Below are positions 47,547-57,433 of a DNA stretch of 64,000 nucleotides, piece after piece (position 1 is the stretch's first letter; the number at the start of each line of letters is the position of its first letter). The DNA comes from Candidatus Thorarchaeota archaeon. Its GTDB lineage: Archaea > Asgardarchaeota > Thorarchaeia > Thorarchaeales > Thorarchaeaceae. Both the position numbers and the translations under genes were made by a program. The stretch spans positions 15,788-79,787 of the forward strand of contig JAOUFI010000003.1 in assembly GCA_029858305.1 (NCBI GenBank), read 5' to 3'. Below the pieces are notes generated by a model. The model had not been told where the DNA came from, did no database searches, and was given only the letters and a program-made list of their open reading frames with translations.

Positions 47547-49799
47547 TTACTTTTTCTTGGTCGACTTCTTCTTTGGCTTAGGTGCAGGTGCTGAAGATCG
47601 TCGCCTCATGACTAATGCGATGATAACTATCAATGCGATAGCTGCACCGCCAATTATGAGTAGAGTCGTTAAATCAAGTGGGAATCCGCCTCCACCTGGA
47701 GCTAGCATGTATGTAATCTCATTTTGCCAGAGCTCAACTCTATCCTCATAGGTTGAATCATCCTCATCAGTTCCGAAGTTATCGATTAGAAAACCATTGA
47801 AGAGAGTCTGTTTGACGTTGCTTACCACAATAGCTGCATTTCCATCTTGGACATCCACAGATATGCCTGCGAGTGCAGTAAAACCGGGTCGAACTGTCAT
47901 AGCATCTCCATCATCACCGAAAAGCACTACGGATGTGTAATTATGCCCTCCATGATCATTTGGTTCTGTGAAGATAGGATGAGAGGCATCCCAAATATAC
48001 ATTGATGGAGTCCCAGAAAGCGAGGAGGAGTATTCTACGCCTAACTTTGACCAGAGTGGATGTGTTGGATTGTCATCCAAGTTCCAGTAGGTCATGATCA
48101 ACTTTCCGCCGTCATCTGCGTATGCATAGAGTTCATCCAGAATGATAAGTTCCTGCAAATGGTTCACTGCATTGTAGATTATGAGATCCCATGTCTTAGA
48201 ATCAATGAAGTCATCCAAGTATGAACGATTTGTGAACACCTGAAATGAAAGTCCCAAATCAAGTAATGCACGAGCAGCTGAGCACGTGATCCCTTGATAG
48301 TCATCGAATAGAAGTATCTCAGCATCATTGGAAGATAGCCAAACCAGGACGTTAAGTGCAAATCGTAGGTTATATCCTAGAGTTATCCCGCTACTATCGA
48401 AGATATTCATGTCTGCAGAGAGTATTGCACGACCTTGGCCAAATTCCTGCGCTGCTACAACAGGATCTGCACCTTCAAACCAAATCGCAGTTGCGTTTGC
48501 TAGGACAACTAGATGATTTCGGTTACCCATTGCAAGGCTATTGCAGCTCTCTACTGTGACGTGTGATCCAGGAGTAGCGGATATAGATCCCAAGATATTA
48601 TTTGTTCCAAGACTCATGTCAAAATTCTGCAATAGTGAGTTAATAGCTAAATCACCAGGATTCGGACCTGGAAAGTCGTGTCTATCACCCAAGACGAGTA
48701 GACTACCACCGCCACTTACCCATTCTTCAACAACTTGAATCTCAGAAGAAGTGTAGTTCAGATCTGGCCATGGAAGCACAAGTATGTCATAGTCAGCCAA
48801 CCTCTCGGAGGTGAAATTAGCCGTCGATGTAGGATAGAACTTGTCATATGTGAAGGTGTGATTGACTGCAAGATTTCTAAATTGTGCAAAATTGCTTATT
48901 GGATCGGTAAGGGTTGAAAACTCACCATCCCAACTATCCACAGATAATCGAGGTTGGTGTGATAAGTCATAGGCAACTCGACCCCTGGGTCTAGGGATGA
49001 GCCATTCGACGGAGTCCACAATTATGCTCTCAAAATCTGCAGGAATAGAGGATCCATCACCAGGAAGTTGTACAATTTTTCCACCCTTATTGCCATTATT
49101 CACTGCAAATGCAGTAACAAATAAGGGAGCTGAATTAATGCTCAACATTTCTGTGACATCATAATTGACATCCATATCTTCGAGAACAAGAGTTGAAGTA
49201 GTCATCCAATTTGCAGTTCTTTCACTGACAGTATCATTGATATGATAATCTTTCATTGTTGAGTGACGTGATGTGACATTCTGTGTATCAGAAGAAAGAT
49301 ACATCCAGTGTGTGATAAGACCATCATCAATCATTCCATATTCAAGAAAGCCTTCGTAGAAGAGATAACTTAGAGGGCTATTGAAACTCAATATCGAGCC
49401 TCCGCCCAGCCAGAATTCTTTCACAAGCAATGAGATACTTTCTCGTGGAAGATTATTCACCAGAATGAAGACATCATAGTCTATTGTGAGCAGTTCGTGG
49501 TTGAGGATGTCTGCTGTTGTAAGTCTTGTCACAGAATGACCAGCATCTTCAAGGAGTGTTTCCAACTCATCAAGATGATTTGTTAGGTTCTCTGCATTTG
49601 AATATGCAGGAACAGTTACATTATCTTCGTCATAGAGTGCAACCCTAGCATCGCGCGACATCTGTGCGGGTACAGCTAGAGATTGCATTACTACATTATC
49701 ATTCAATCCAACAAGAGTTGTTGGTACGATGAACATTGAAGTCAGAAATATCGATATCAATATGATAGGTAGGACGCGGTTCAAAACCTCACCTCTCAA
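47547..49799 (-). CDS. Large exported, C-terminally anchored protein with repeated DUF4350/class-I glutamine amidotransferase-like domains
   Basis: Signal peptide, three repeats of the pattern YD..I...GG.L (FWLGGGSIL, WVSGGGSLL, YADDGGKL), TM and basic tail. Confidence 0.65.
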   Translation of the reverse strand: MRGEVLNRVLPIILISIFLTSMFIVPTTLVGLNDNVVMQSLAVPAQMSRDARVALYDEDNVTVPAYSNAENLTNHLDELETLLEDAGHSVTRLTTADILNHELLTIDYDVFILVNNLPRESISLLVKEFWLGGGSILSFNSPLSYLFYEGFLEYGMIDDGLITHWMYLSSDTQNVTSRHSTMKDYHINDTVSERTANWMTTSTLVLEDMDVNYDVTEMLSINSAPLFVTAFAVNNGNKGGKIVQLPGDGSSIPADFESIIVDSVEWLIPRPRGRVAYDLSHQPRLSVDSWDGEFSTLTDPISNFAQFRNLAVNHTFTYDKFYPTSTANFTSERLADYDILVLPWPDLNYTSSEIQVVEEWVSGGGSLLVLGDRHDFPGPNPGDLAINSLLQNFDMSLGTNNILGSISATPGSHVTVESCNSLAMGNRNHLVVLANATAIWFEGADPVVAAQEFGQGRAILSADMNIFDSSGITLGYNLRFALNVLVWLSSNDAEILLFDDYQGITCSAARALLDLGLSFQVFTNRSYLDDFIDSKTWDLIIYNAVNHLQELIILDELYAYADDGGKLIMTYWNLDDNPTHPLWSKLGVEYSSSLSGTPSMYIWDASHPIFTEPNDHGGHNYTSVVLFGDDGDAMTVRPGFTALAGISVDVQDGNAAIVVSNVKQTLFNGFLIDNFGTDEDDSTYEDRVELWQNEITYMLAPGGGGFPLDLTTLLIIGGAAIALIVIIALVMRRRSSAPAPKPKKKSTKKK

Positions 49800-49914
49800 A
49801 TTTGGAAGGATTATTCTGTTATAAATCCACTAAAAAAATCATTCTCCTTTCAGATTTTATTTGTCAGCAGGCTGAATTTATATTGAGGACTTCAAGTTCA
49901 TATCATGACTACAA

Positions 49915-50433
49915 ATGTTCGACTTGCTATTCGTACTCTTGATAGAAGCGAGTGTCATTATCATAGTTGTATGGATAACCTGGTCAGCAATAGTTGGCGC
50001 ACCGTGGCTACCCACTCCAAAGAGCAGAGTAAGAAGTATGCTCGAATTTGCAGGTGTTAATCAAAATGACAGGGTGTACGACCTAGGCTCTGGAGATGGT
50101 CGAATCATCGTGATGGCTGCAAAAGAATTCGGAGCACAATCCACTGGCATTGAAGTCGATCCCCTTCGAATCTTATGGACGAAACTAGCAATCAGGCGCA
50201 ACAAACTTGGAAACAAAGTCAACGTTATTCGCGGAAATTTCTTCAACATCAACATCGAGGATGCGACTGTCGTCACACTGTACCAAGGACACGAAATTAA
50301 CAAGAAAATACGTGACAAACTCTCTGTCGAACTTAGACATGGTACTCGTGTTGTGTCATACCGCTTCATCCTCGAAGGGTGGAGTCCAGTAAAGACAAGT
50401 GAGGAAAAATCAGTTTATCTATACATTGTGTAA
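49915..50433 (+). CDS. Class I SAM-dependent methyltransferase, FAM173/aKMT-like, with N-terminal TM
   Basis: GAPWLPTP, VYDLGSGDGRI, GIEVDP, ATVVTLY, GTRVVS..F. Confidence 0.85.
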   Translation: MFDLLFVLLIEASVIIIVVWITWSAIVGAPWLPTPKSRVRSMLEFAGVNQNDRVYDLGSGDGRIIVMAAKEFGAQSTGIEVDPLRILWTKLAIRRNKLGNKVNVIRGNFFNINIEDATVVTLYQGHEINKKIRDKLSVELRHGTRVVSYRFILEGWSPVKTSEEKSVYLYIV

Positions 50434-50658
50434 AGACTCTCTGTTGAAAACCTCCTTGCTTAGTAGTTTATGCAGTGTCTCACGAATCGAAATGATGAAC
50501 GAGTCAAGACCTACATTGATAACTTGCGGAAAAAGTCCAGATGAGGTATAATATCCCTTATAGCACATTAATGAACTTCTAAACATCTCTCAAAAAGCGA
50601 AGACTTTTACTATGATTTGTTGATAGATGTTTAGGCAAAAAGAAACACTTGCAATAAC

Positions 50659-51102
50659 ATGACTAGTGGACATGCTGAGCTGCAGGATAGGGTTCCGATG
50701 AGCACAACGTGGTTCATTGCTAAAGAGTACCTTAAGAGATTGGAAATAGATTTCGAAGAACACGGACGCACAACGTTCAGTGTACATCCAGAAAAGCATA
50801 TTGAAACTAAGGTGATTGAGGTCTTCCCAGGTAAGAACTGGATTACCCTCACAACTCGTCTAATGGATCTCGATGAGCTACCTCCTAAGGGTAGGAAAGT
50901 AGTCTATGAAAAATTGCTCAAGGCGAACGCAACTCTTGTAGAGGTCAATTTTGGGATTGACAAAAAGAACTGCTTAACATTAAGAAATGCAGCACCTGTA
51001 ACAGGCATCTCATATGACGTCTTCAATTGCACATATGAGGCTCATCTTGCTGCGATTAAATTTTTCTTTGAGAAAATGAAAGACCAGTTGCTCCAAGAGT
51101 AG
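50659..51102 (+). CDS. Hypothetical protein, YbjN/CesT-like fold suspected
   Basis: About 135-147 aa with the pattern WITL...YEKLLKAN..VNFGID; C-terminal helix. Confidence 0.5.
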   Translation: MTSGHAELQDRVPMSTTWFIAKEYLKRLEIDFEEHGRTTFSVHPEKHIETKVIEVFPGKNWITLTTRLMDLDELPPKGRKVVYEKLLKANATLVEVNFGIDKKNCLTLRNAAPVTGISYDVFNCTYEAHLAAIKFFFEKMKDQLLQE

Positions 51103-51256
51103 ATTGCAATGTATTAGCCAGCTAATATGCAAGAAGAAACAGAGGCGTGCACGAAACCCTGTCTATACCTACACCGATTGAAATAATACAAGAGCAAAAG
51201 GGCGGCTCGATTTACAAAAAGGGATGGAAAGGCGGAAACAATCCCACACTATCAAA

Positions 51257-54067
51257 TTATCCCAAAGTAAACTGCAAATACTGCACGATGATTGGAGTCA
51301 CATATGCCTCAATTATCGCGGCTATGATTAAGAAGAAGACAATTAATGCGAATGTTCTCCATGTGCGTTCGTCGCTGAGAAGTGCTCTTGTCTGAGTTGG
51401 CAAGAGACTCCAATCCCTTGATTGCACTGTTTTACTTAAACCCCTAGCAACACGTATTGACAATGCTGCAGCTAGAAGGAAAACTGGAATCTCGATAATT
51501 GCGTGAGGTATAATGCCCGCGAGGAATTCCCAAGCGTTTCCCCCCCAAGTGAGTTTGATAATTGCAATTCCACTGATTGTCAATGCAGTGGAGAGGACTT
51601 CTGCAATGGCAACAGACATGAAACTGAATTTTACATATGTTATGAGGAAGTCCTCTGATTTCACATCATCATGCTTTGAATTAATTAAACGATATGCTCC
51701 TGCAATGAGAACTGGTAGTGCAATGATAGCAATAAGAGTAAATTGATCGTCATATACAAAATACTCGATTGCAAAGATGAAGATGAACAGTGGGAACCAC
51801 CAAGCACCTATCCCTTTGCCTTGGAGATACTGAACCATGATATAGCCCAATATGAGTAAGACTGGTATTCCAAAAATTAACAACGAACTCAAGCCTAGTT
51901 GCGTACTGAATCCCCAAATTGAATCATATGGATTGAATAAGCCACTCATGGCATTGAATTGCGTAAGAAGGATAGATGCTGCCGCCAAGATTACTAACCC
52001 GACAACACTTGCAAGTCCCATATTTGACTCACTCTTTGTTTTCTCAGCTCTAGTGAACCATAAAACGGCAGACCAAAAAACAGGTCCAATCACCAACATG
52101 AGCAGTGTTCGAATGATATTATGTTCGGCTATAATCACGAACCAACCACCAGGATCTAATAGAGAGAGACGATCAACAGGTGGTGGAAGAACACCTTCGA
52201 GCCCATCGGGCTTCCCTATTTTTTCCAAAAGCGCTTGGAGTAAATCCCTCACTAGATCAGGATTCTGTATAATGTATGCCAACATCCAAACTCCAAAGAT
52301 GGATATAATCAAGCCTCCAACAAACATAAGCATAGAATCAATAATGTCCCGTTTCTCAACATGCAGAAGTGGACTGGATTTGTCACCAGTTGTTTCTCGC
52401 CATTTATTGCGATTTTCAAAGAAATAGAGAATGAACAACGCAGTGAAGACATAGATGGGAAGACTCACTATGAACTGTGATGCAAGTCTCCATAACAACT
52501 CAACATCCGTTGGAAGGTCTGGTACGGGTCTTAATCTATTGAAGATCTCTCCTGCATATGTTGCCGGAGTAACTGAAGCGCCTAGGATGTAATCCATGTC
52601 TGGAAGAATAAAGTAAGTTGCAACGGAAACTGTGACTCCTGAAAAGAATGCAAAGGTTTCAGATCCACCCTTTCCTTTTCCTCTGACAAAGTACCCGAGT
52701 AATCCGATTAAAATCATCGCTGCAAAGGGAATGGCTAACATCAACAATGTCCAAGTTGTTGGAGGAATGAGTGACAAGTTATTCATTGGAACTGATGCTT
52801 CAGGATAGAAACTGGTTGGAGTTGAAATAGAATTCAGAATATATGATACCACACCGTCAACACTACCAGGAAATATCAGGAATCGGTTATCACTAAACAA
52901 TCCGTATGCAAAGAAGCTCTGAGTGGCATAATTTAGTGTCGAGGCAAATGCAGCTCCTATAAAGGCGCCCGTGACAACTACTCCAGTCCCAAGACTTGCA
53001 AGTATATTCTTAATTGCGGCAGTCTTGTTACTCAGGCGGATTTTCGAGTGTGCACCTGACAAGCCATCGATTACTCTCTTATAGAAGATTGCAGAGAAGT
53101 CTTCAGCATAGGGGAGTACAATCACTGCGAAGATGATTGGTGGAGCTGCTAGTAATAGTCCATATCCGTAATATAGGGTAAGAATCGTAAAAGCATTTGA
53201 CACATCTGAAGTAAGAACAGTCAATGCTTGTTCAGCCAAGAGATAGAGTGTAATTAGAATATTGAGTCGAAAGAACCATCCGAGAACACCGCGCATCATC
53301 TCAGCTCCAAGGTCGCGTTGTCCTAGATGTAGACCAGCAGCCTTAGCTATTCTGTTTGATGCAGGATATCCAAATCGATAAATCCAGGTCAGAAAAATAG
53401 CAATGTTAAGTAAATAGTTACCTGCCTCTCGATAGAGCGGATTATCAGTTAGGTAATATATGAAGTTTTGAAGACTGCCAGTGTAAACTGTAATTGATGG
53501 TACAAGGGTTGCTAATCCAATGATGACATAGTCTTTCCAGGCTTGATGCCATGCTTTTTGCTGTACTTTGGGATCAAGAGGATTAGGCTCTAGTCCCTCG
53601 AAGGTGATGTTGTTTAATCGGTCTCGAAAGCCAGAATAACCATCACTCTCGGGCTCTTTTCCAATAATTCTCTTAATGAGATTCTTGAAAACCATCTTTA
53701 GCGGATCTTGGAAATAGAGTTTGGCGGCAAGAACAAGTATACCAAACAACACAGCAACGAAGGACACCATTATCCAAATCAGATATTCCTGGAGGGAGAC
53801 AAAGAACTGGAACAACATATCTGTTATCAATATCCATGACAGCGTTGAAGTATCCACTTCTGCATTGAAGCCTATTGGGTATGATAGAGGCTGTATAGCA
53901 ATTGTCAACAAGAACCATGTGATTGTCTTTACGTACATCAAGATGATGAAGGATTCAATGAGCTTACTCTTCCTCTTTCCAAAGAAAAGAAGATAGATAA
54001 AAGTGACAATCAACGGTGGCACAAACTCTAACACAATCGTTAGCAAAGTAAGGTCTTCCAGAGCCAT
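51257..54067 (-). CDS. Very large polytopic membrane protein with C-terminal SpoIIM/DUF95-like domain
   Basis: Roughly 20 TM helices. C-terminal GIIPHAIIEIP and AAIIEAYVTP are SpoIIM-type motifs. ATG 54067 is the likely start (ORF track starts at 54175). Confidence 0.7.
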   Translation of the reverse strand: MALEDLTLLTIVLEFVPPLIVTFIYLLFFGKRKSKLIESFIILMYVKTITWFLLTIAIQPLSYPIGFNAEVDTSTLSWILITDMLFQFFVSLQEYLIWIMVSFVAVLFGILVLAAKLYFQDPLKMVFKNLIKRIIGKEPESDGYSGFRDRLNNITFEGLEPNPLDPKVQQKAWHQAWKDYVIIGLATLVPSITVYTGSLQNFIYYLTDNPLYREAGNYLLNIAIFLTWIYRFGYPASNRIAKAAGLHLGQRDLGAEMMRGVLGWFFRLNILITLYLLAEQALTVLTSDVSNAFTILTLYYGYGLLLAAPPIIFAVIVLPYAEDFSAIFYKRVIDGLSGAHSKIRLSNKTAAIKNILASLGTGVVVTGAFIGAAFASTLNYATQSFFAYGLFSDNRFLIFPGSVDGVVSYILNSISTPTSFYPEASVPMNNLSLIPPTTWTLLMLAIPFAAMILIGLLGYFVRGKGKGGSETFAFFSGVTVSVATYFILPDMDYILGASVTPATYAGEIFNRLRPVPDLPTDVELLWRLASQFIVSLPIYVFTALFILYFFENRNKWRETTGDKSSPLLHVEKRDIIDSMLMFVGGLIISIFGVWMLAYIIQNPDLVRDLLQALLEKIGKPDGLEGVLPPPVDRLSLLDPGGWFVIIAEHNIIRTLLMLVIGPVFWSAVLWFTRAEKTKSESNMGLASVVGLVILAAASILLTQFNAMSGLFNPYDSIWGFSTQLGLSSLLIFGIPVLLILGYIMVQYLQGKGIGAWWFPLFIFIFAIEYFVYDDQFTLIAIIALPVLIAGAYRLINSKHDDVKSEDFLITYVKFSFMSVAIAEVLSTALTISGIAIIKLTWGGNAWEFLAGIIPHAIIEIPVFLLAAALSIRVARGLSKTVQSRDWSLLPTQTRALLSDERTWRTFALIVFFLIIAAIIEAYVTPIIVQYLQFTLG

Positions 54068-54263
54068 TAGTGTACACTCCGGTGTGCTGTGAAGAAATAC
54101 AAGTCCATTCCTATCAAAAAAAGGTTCGTTGCACAGACTTTGGTCTTGACATTGTTTGTTTATACTCATATGCACCGTCGTACCGAAAGTTTAAAGATGA
54201 AAGAATTAGCTATTGTGAATCACACAACAATCGGAAAAGAAACCGTGAGTTGAGGTGCATTCA

Positions 54264-54815
54264 ATGGAGATTTCACAAGAATTAGCAGATGCAATAAATG
54301 ATCAGATTAATTTCGAACTTTATAGCGCATACATTTACCTGTCAATGGCGGCTTGGTTTGAAGAACACAAATTGCCAGGGATGGGTCACTGGATGGAAGT
54401 ACAGGTTGACGAAGAATTCAACCATGCAATGAGGTTCTATAGACATATTGTTGAACGTGGCGGACGCGTTTTGATGAAGGCAATAGCTGGTCCAGAAACT
54501 GATTGGACATCTCCTCTGGATATCTTTGAAACTGCATACAAACATGAACAAGTAGTTACAGAGAGAATCTATAAGATTGGCGACGTCGCTGACAAACAAA
54601 GAGACAGATCGGCACAAAACATGCTCAATTGGTACTATAATGAGCAGACAGAGGAAGAGAAGAATACCTCAGAAATCCGAGATCAACTCAAGATGATTGG
54701 GGATAATATACAAGCCCTTCTGATGCTAGATGCAAAGTTGGGAGCCAGACCTCCAGCTGGTCCTGTGCCCCTTACTTCAATTATGCCTAACCCAGCCCCT
54801 GCAGGGGCTCCATAA
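54264..54815 (+). CDS. ftnA: Non-heme ferritin
   Basis: NDQINFELYSAYIY, EEFNHA, HEQ.VT, EQTEEE ferroxidase residues. ATG 54264 follows GAGGTG. Confidence 0.93.
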   Translation: MEISQELADAINDQINFELYSAYIYLSMAAWFEEHKLPGMGHWMEVQVDEEFNHAMRFYRHIVERGGRVLMKAIAGPETDWTSPLDIFETAYKHEQVVTERIYKIGDVADKQRDRSAQNMLNWYYNEQTEEEKNTSEIRDQLKMIGDNIQALLMLDAKLGARPPAGPVPLTSIMPNPAPAGAP

Positions 54816-54831
54816 GTCGTATTTTATATAC

Positions 54832-54878
54832 AAAAAAGCCGGTGGTAGATAACTATCCCGGCAATTTTCCATTTTTTG
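54832..54878 (+). terminator. Hairpin and T-runs after ferritin
   Basis: GCCGG..TAG..CTA..CCGGC (54838-54862) flanked by an A-run and T-runs. Confidence 0.55.
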
Positions 54879-54940
54879 GCCATCATTGACCGAGACGCAT
54901 ACTCTTTATGTTAGAGTTTCACTCATTTTTTCTAGTGTGA

Positions 54941-56941
54941 GTGAATATTATGCTGCCAGAAGAGATTGTCAAGGTAGTAGTCGATACTGTGTCAGGAATT
55001 CGCGCGAAGGAATATGTATCATCGATTGCATCTTTCCATCGGATTCAAGCGACATCAGGACTGCATGATGCCATTATGTATCTGAAGCATGAAATAGCAG
55101 GATTTCCAAACGTAGAGCTAAAGCTCTATGAGTATCCAGCAGATGGAAAGACGACCATTGGTACATGGGAGGCCGTCCACGGTTGGAATGCAAAATCTGG
55201 GAAATTACATCTCATTGAACCAGAAGAAATGCTTTTGGCTGATTATACTGCTGAACCTATTTCATTGATTGCGCACTCTACTTCAACTGATTTTGAGGGC
55301 GATGTTGTCTATATTGGTAAAGGCCTGAGCCCTGAGGACTATAAAGGCAAAGATGTGAAGGGCAAGATTGTTCTAACAGAAGGTACGGCAAGGATGGTTC
55401 ACCGAGTGGCATGTATCAAATATGGTGCTGCAGGACTACTAACTTTCGTACCACCTTCAGGTAACGATGAGATTGCAAGCTTAAGACGTTACGATGCAAT
55501 CTGGCCATCGGGAGACGAAATAGATAGGACACGATTCGGATTTTCACTCACCCAAGCGGATGGATTGAAGCTTAAAGGTTGGCTAAACGACGGTAAGACT
55601 GTTAAAATCAGAGCAAAGGTAGATGCTAGTATTTCTGATGGTAAGACCGAGGTCTTGTCAGCAGTGATACCAGGGCAAGATACATCAAAAGAGTTTTGGC
55701 TTGCAGCACATATTTGTCATCCAAAACCTGGGGCTAATGATAACGCCTCAGGAAGCGGATCACTGATGGAAGCACTTCGAGTCATCTCGTGCTTAGTAAA
55801 TGAGGGAAAGATTCCAAAGCCCATGTATTCCATTCGATTCATCTGGACACCAGAGTGGTCAGGAACCATTTATTTCATCGACAGGGAGAAAGAGATACTA
55901 AAGCGTTGCAAGGGAATGTTGAACATGGATATGGTAGGTGCAGATCCTGCTAAATCTGGCTCTACGCTCAATCTTTACAGAACTCCATATACACTGCCGA
56001 GTACACTGAATAATGTTGTACGATATTGGCTAAAGACAGAAGCAGGAAGGAAGGATGATAGAACACAAAATGGCACTATGACTCCACTTCCGTATAATTA
56101 CGATAGTTATGCTGCTGGTAGTGATCATTTCATGCTCACTGACAGCACTCTGGGTATTCCAGCAGTGATGTTGAATCAATACCCAGATAGATTCTATCAC
56201 ACCTCAACAGATACTACCGATAAGATTGACACACGACAGATGGCCTACGCAACACGCGTGGCATTACTGTCAGCACTTTCCCATGTTCTACCCAAATATG
56301 TGTATGAAGAAAAACTCCTGATTGAATGTCGGAATGAATTTGTTGAACTCATGGAGAAGGTGACGATAAACGGAGTGACTGAACTATCCAGATGTCTTGG
56401 AAACCCAGAAAAAATCTACCCACGTGTCCTAAGATGGCTTGGACTGATTCACGATTTGGGACAATCAACATTAGATAGGGCAGCCGTTGAGTGGTCTCTC
56501 ATTAGTGAGCAGGAGGCAATTCGACAGGCACTCAAGACTAGTCTACAGATGACCTATACAACAGAGATGGTAATTGCTAGAAAGGCTTACGAAGGAGCAT
56601 GCGCAGAGGTTGGTCTTGAAGCTATGCAGGAAGACCAGATAGTTCTTGATCCTGAGAGTATCGGCGTAGAGGTCAAACGAATCTACCACTACGCACTAAA
56701 TCCTACATTCTTACTTCTCAAGTTGGGAGATAAGGCTGAGCACTACTCAGAGATGCGTCACAAGGAAGAGCATTCATGGGATAGATTCGATGAGATGCTT
56801 AACATGGCTACAGATTGGATAAAACTCGATAATGTTTGGGACATGTTATGTCTCCAATTTGGTAACATAGATTCTGGTGAACTCCTGAAAATCGTTGATG
56901 ACTTCACCGAGGCAGGCATTATCGAATCAAGGAGAGTGTAG
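54941..56941 (+). CDS. M28-family metallopeptidase with PA domain (DUF4910-like)
   Basis: DVKGKIVL (PA domain), AHICH, GANDNASG, WTPE, NMDMVG, SDH, FYHTSTD. Confidence 0.88.
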   Translation: MNIMLPEEIVKVVVDTVSGIRAKEYVSSIASFHRIQATSGLHDAIMYLKHEIAGFPNVELKLYEYPADGKTTIGTWEAVHGWNAKSGKLHLIEPEEMLLADYTAEPISLIAHSTSTDFEGDVVYIGKGLSPEDYKGKDVKGKIVLTEGTARMVHRVACIKYGAAGLLTFVPPSGNDEIASLRRYDAIWPSGDEIDRTRFGFSLTQADGLKLKGWLNDGKTVKIRAKVDASISDGKTEVLSAVIPGQDTSKEFWLAAHICHPKPGANDNASGSGSLMEALRVISCLVNEGKIPKPMYSIRFIWTPEWSGTIYFIDREKEILKRCKGMLNMDMVGADPAKSGSTLNLYRTPYTLPSTLNNVVRYWLKTEAGRKDDRTQNGTMTPLPYNYDSYAAGSDHFMLTDSTLGIPAVMLNQYPDRFYHTSTDTTDKIDTRQMAYATRVALLSALSHVLPKYVYEEKLLIECRNEFVELMEKVTINGVTELSRCLGNPEKIYPRVLRWLGLIHDLGQSTLDRAAVEWSLISEQEAIRQALKTSLQMTYTTEMVIARKAYEGACAEVGLEAMQEDQIVLDPESIGVEVKRIYHYALNPTFLLLKLGDKAEHYSEMRHKEEHSWDRFDEMLNMATDWIKLDNVWDMLCLQFGNIDSGELLKIVDDFTEAGIIESRRV

Positions 56942-56944
56942 TCT

Positions 56945-57433
56945 GTGCAAGACGACCACTGGATGTATAATACGGTCGTCTTTGCAGGCACATTCGATAG
57001 ACTACACGAAGGACACAAGCATATAATGCGTACAGCCTTCAAATTAGGTCGAAAGGTAGGCATTGGATTAACAACAGATAAGATGTTGAGTTCAAAGAGT
57101 CAAAGGGAGAGTATCCAGTCTTATGAGGAACGACATAGAGAGATAGAGAAATTTCTCAGGGAAGAATGTGATGTTGACAGAGCTTCAATATTTCCGATTG
57201 ATACAAAAGAGGGAGGTGGAGACACCTTAGAGATTCTTGATGCATTAATTGTTTCAGATGAGATTGGAGTTGTGCAGAATGCATTTGATATCAACCAACT
57301 CAGAATCAATAATGGGCTGCGGCGATTTCACATCGTGATAATACCCATGGTGCGATCGCTTGATGGCCGTCCTCTCTCTTCATCAAGGATTCGAGCTGGC
57401 GAAGTTTTCGACGAGGAGAACCTCATCTATTAA
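56945..57433 (+). CDS. coaD: Phosphopantetheine adenylyltransferase (archaeal/eukaryote type)
   Basis: AGTFDRLHEGH, IGLTTD, ALIVS.E, INQLR..NGL, LSSSRIRAGE. Confidence 0.9.
   Translation: MQDDHWMYNTVVFAGTFDRLHEGHKHIMRTAFKLGRKVGIGLTTDKMLSSKSQRESIQSYEERHREIEKFLREECDVDRASIFPIDTKEGGGDTLEILDALIVSDEIGVVQNAFDINQLRINNGLRRFHIVIIPMVRSLDGRPLSSSRIRAGEVFDEENLIY

Noticed and set aside
50470-50544. 24-codon ORF MQCLTNRNDERVKTYIDNLRKKSR
   Set aside because: Too short, with no RBS or homology evidence. It could be a gene remnant, but this is unsupported.
54745-54815. Pro/Ala-rich ferritin C-terminal tail as an encapsulin cargo-loading peptide
   Set aside because: It lacks the L.(I/V)GSL-type consensus and no encapsulin gene is nearby.
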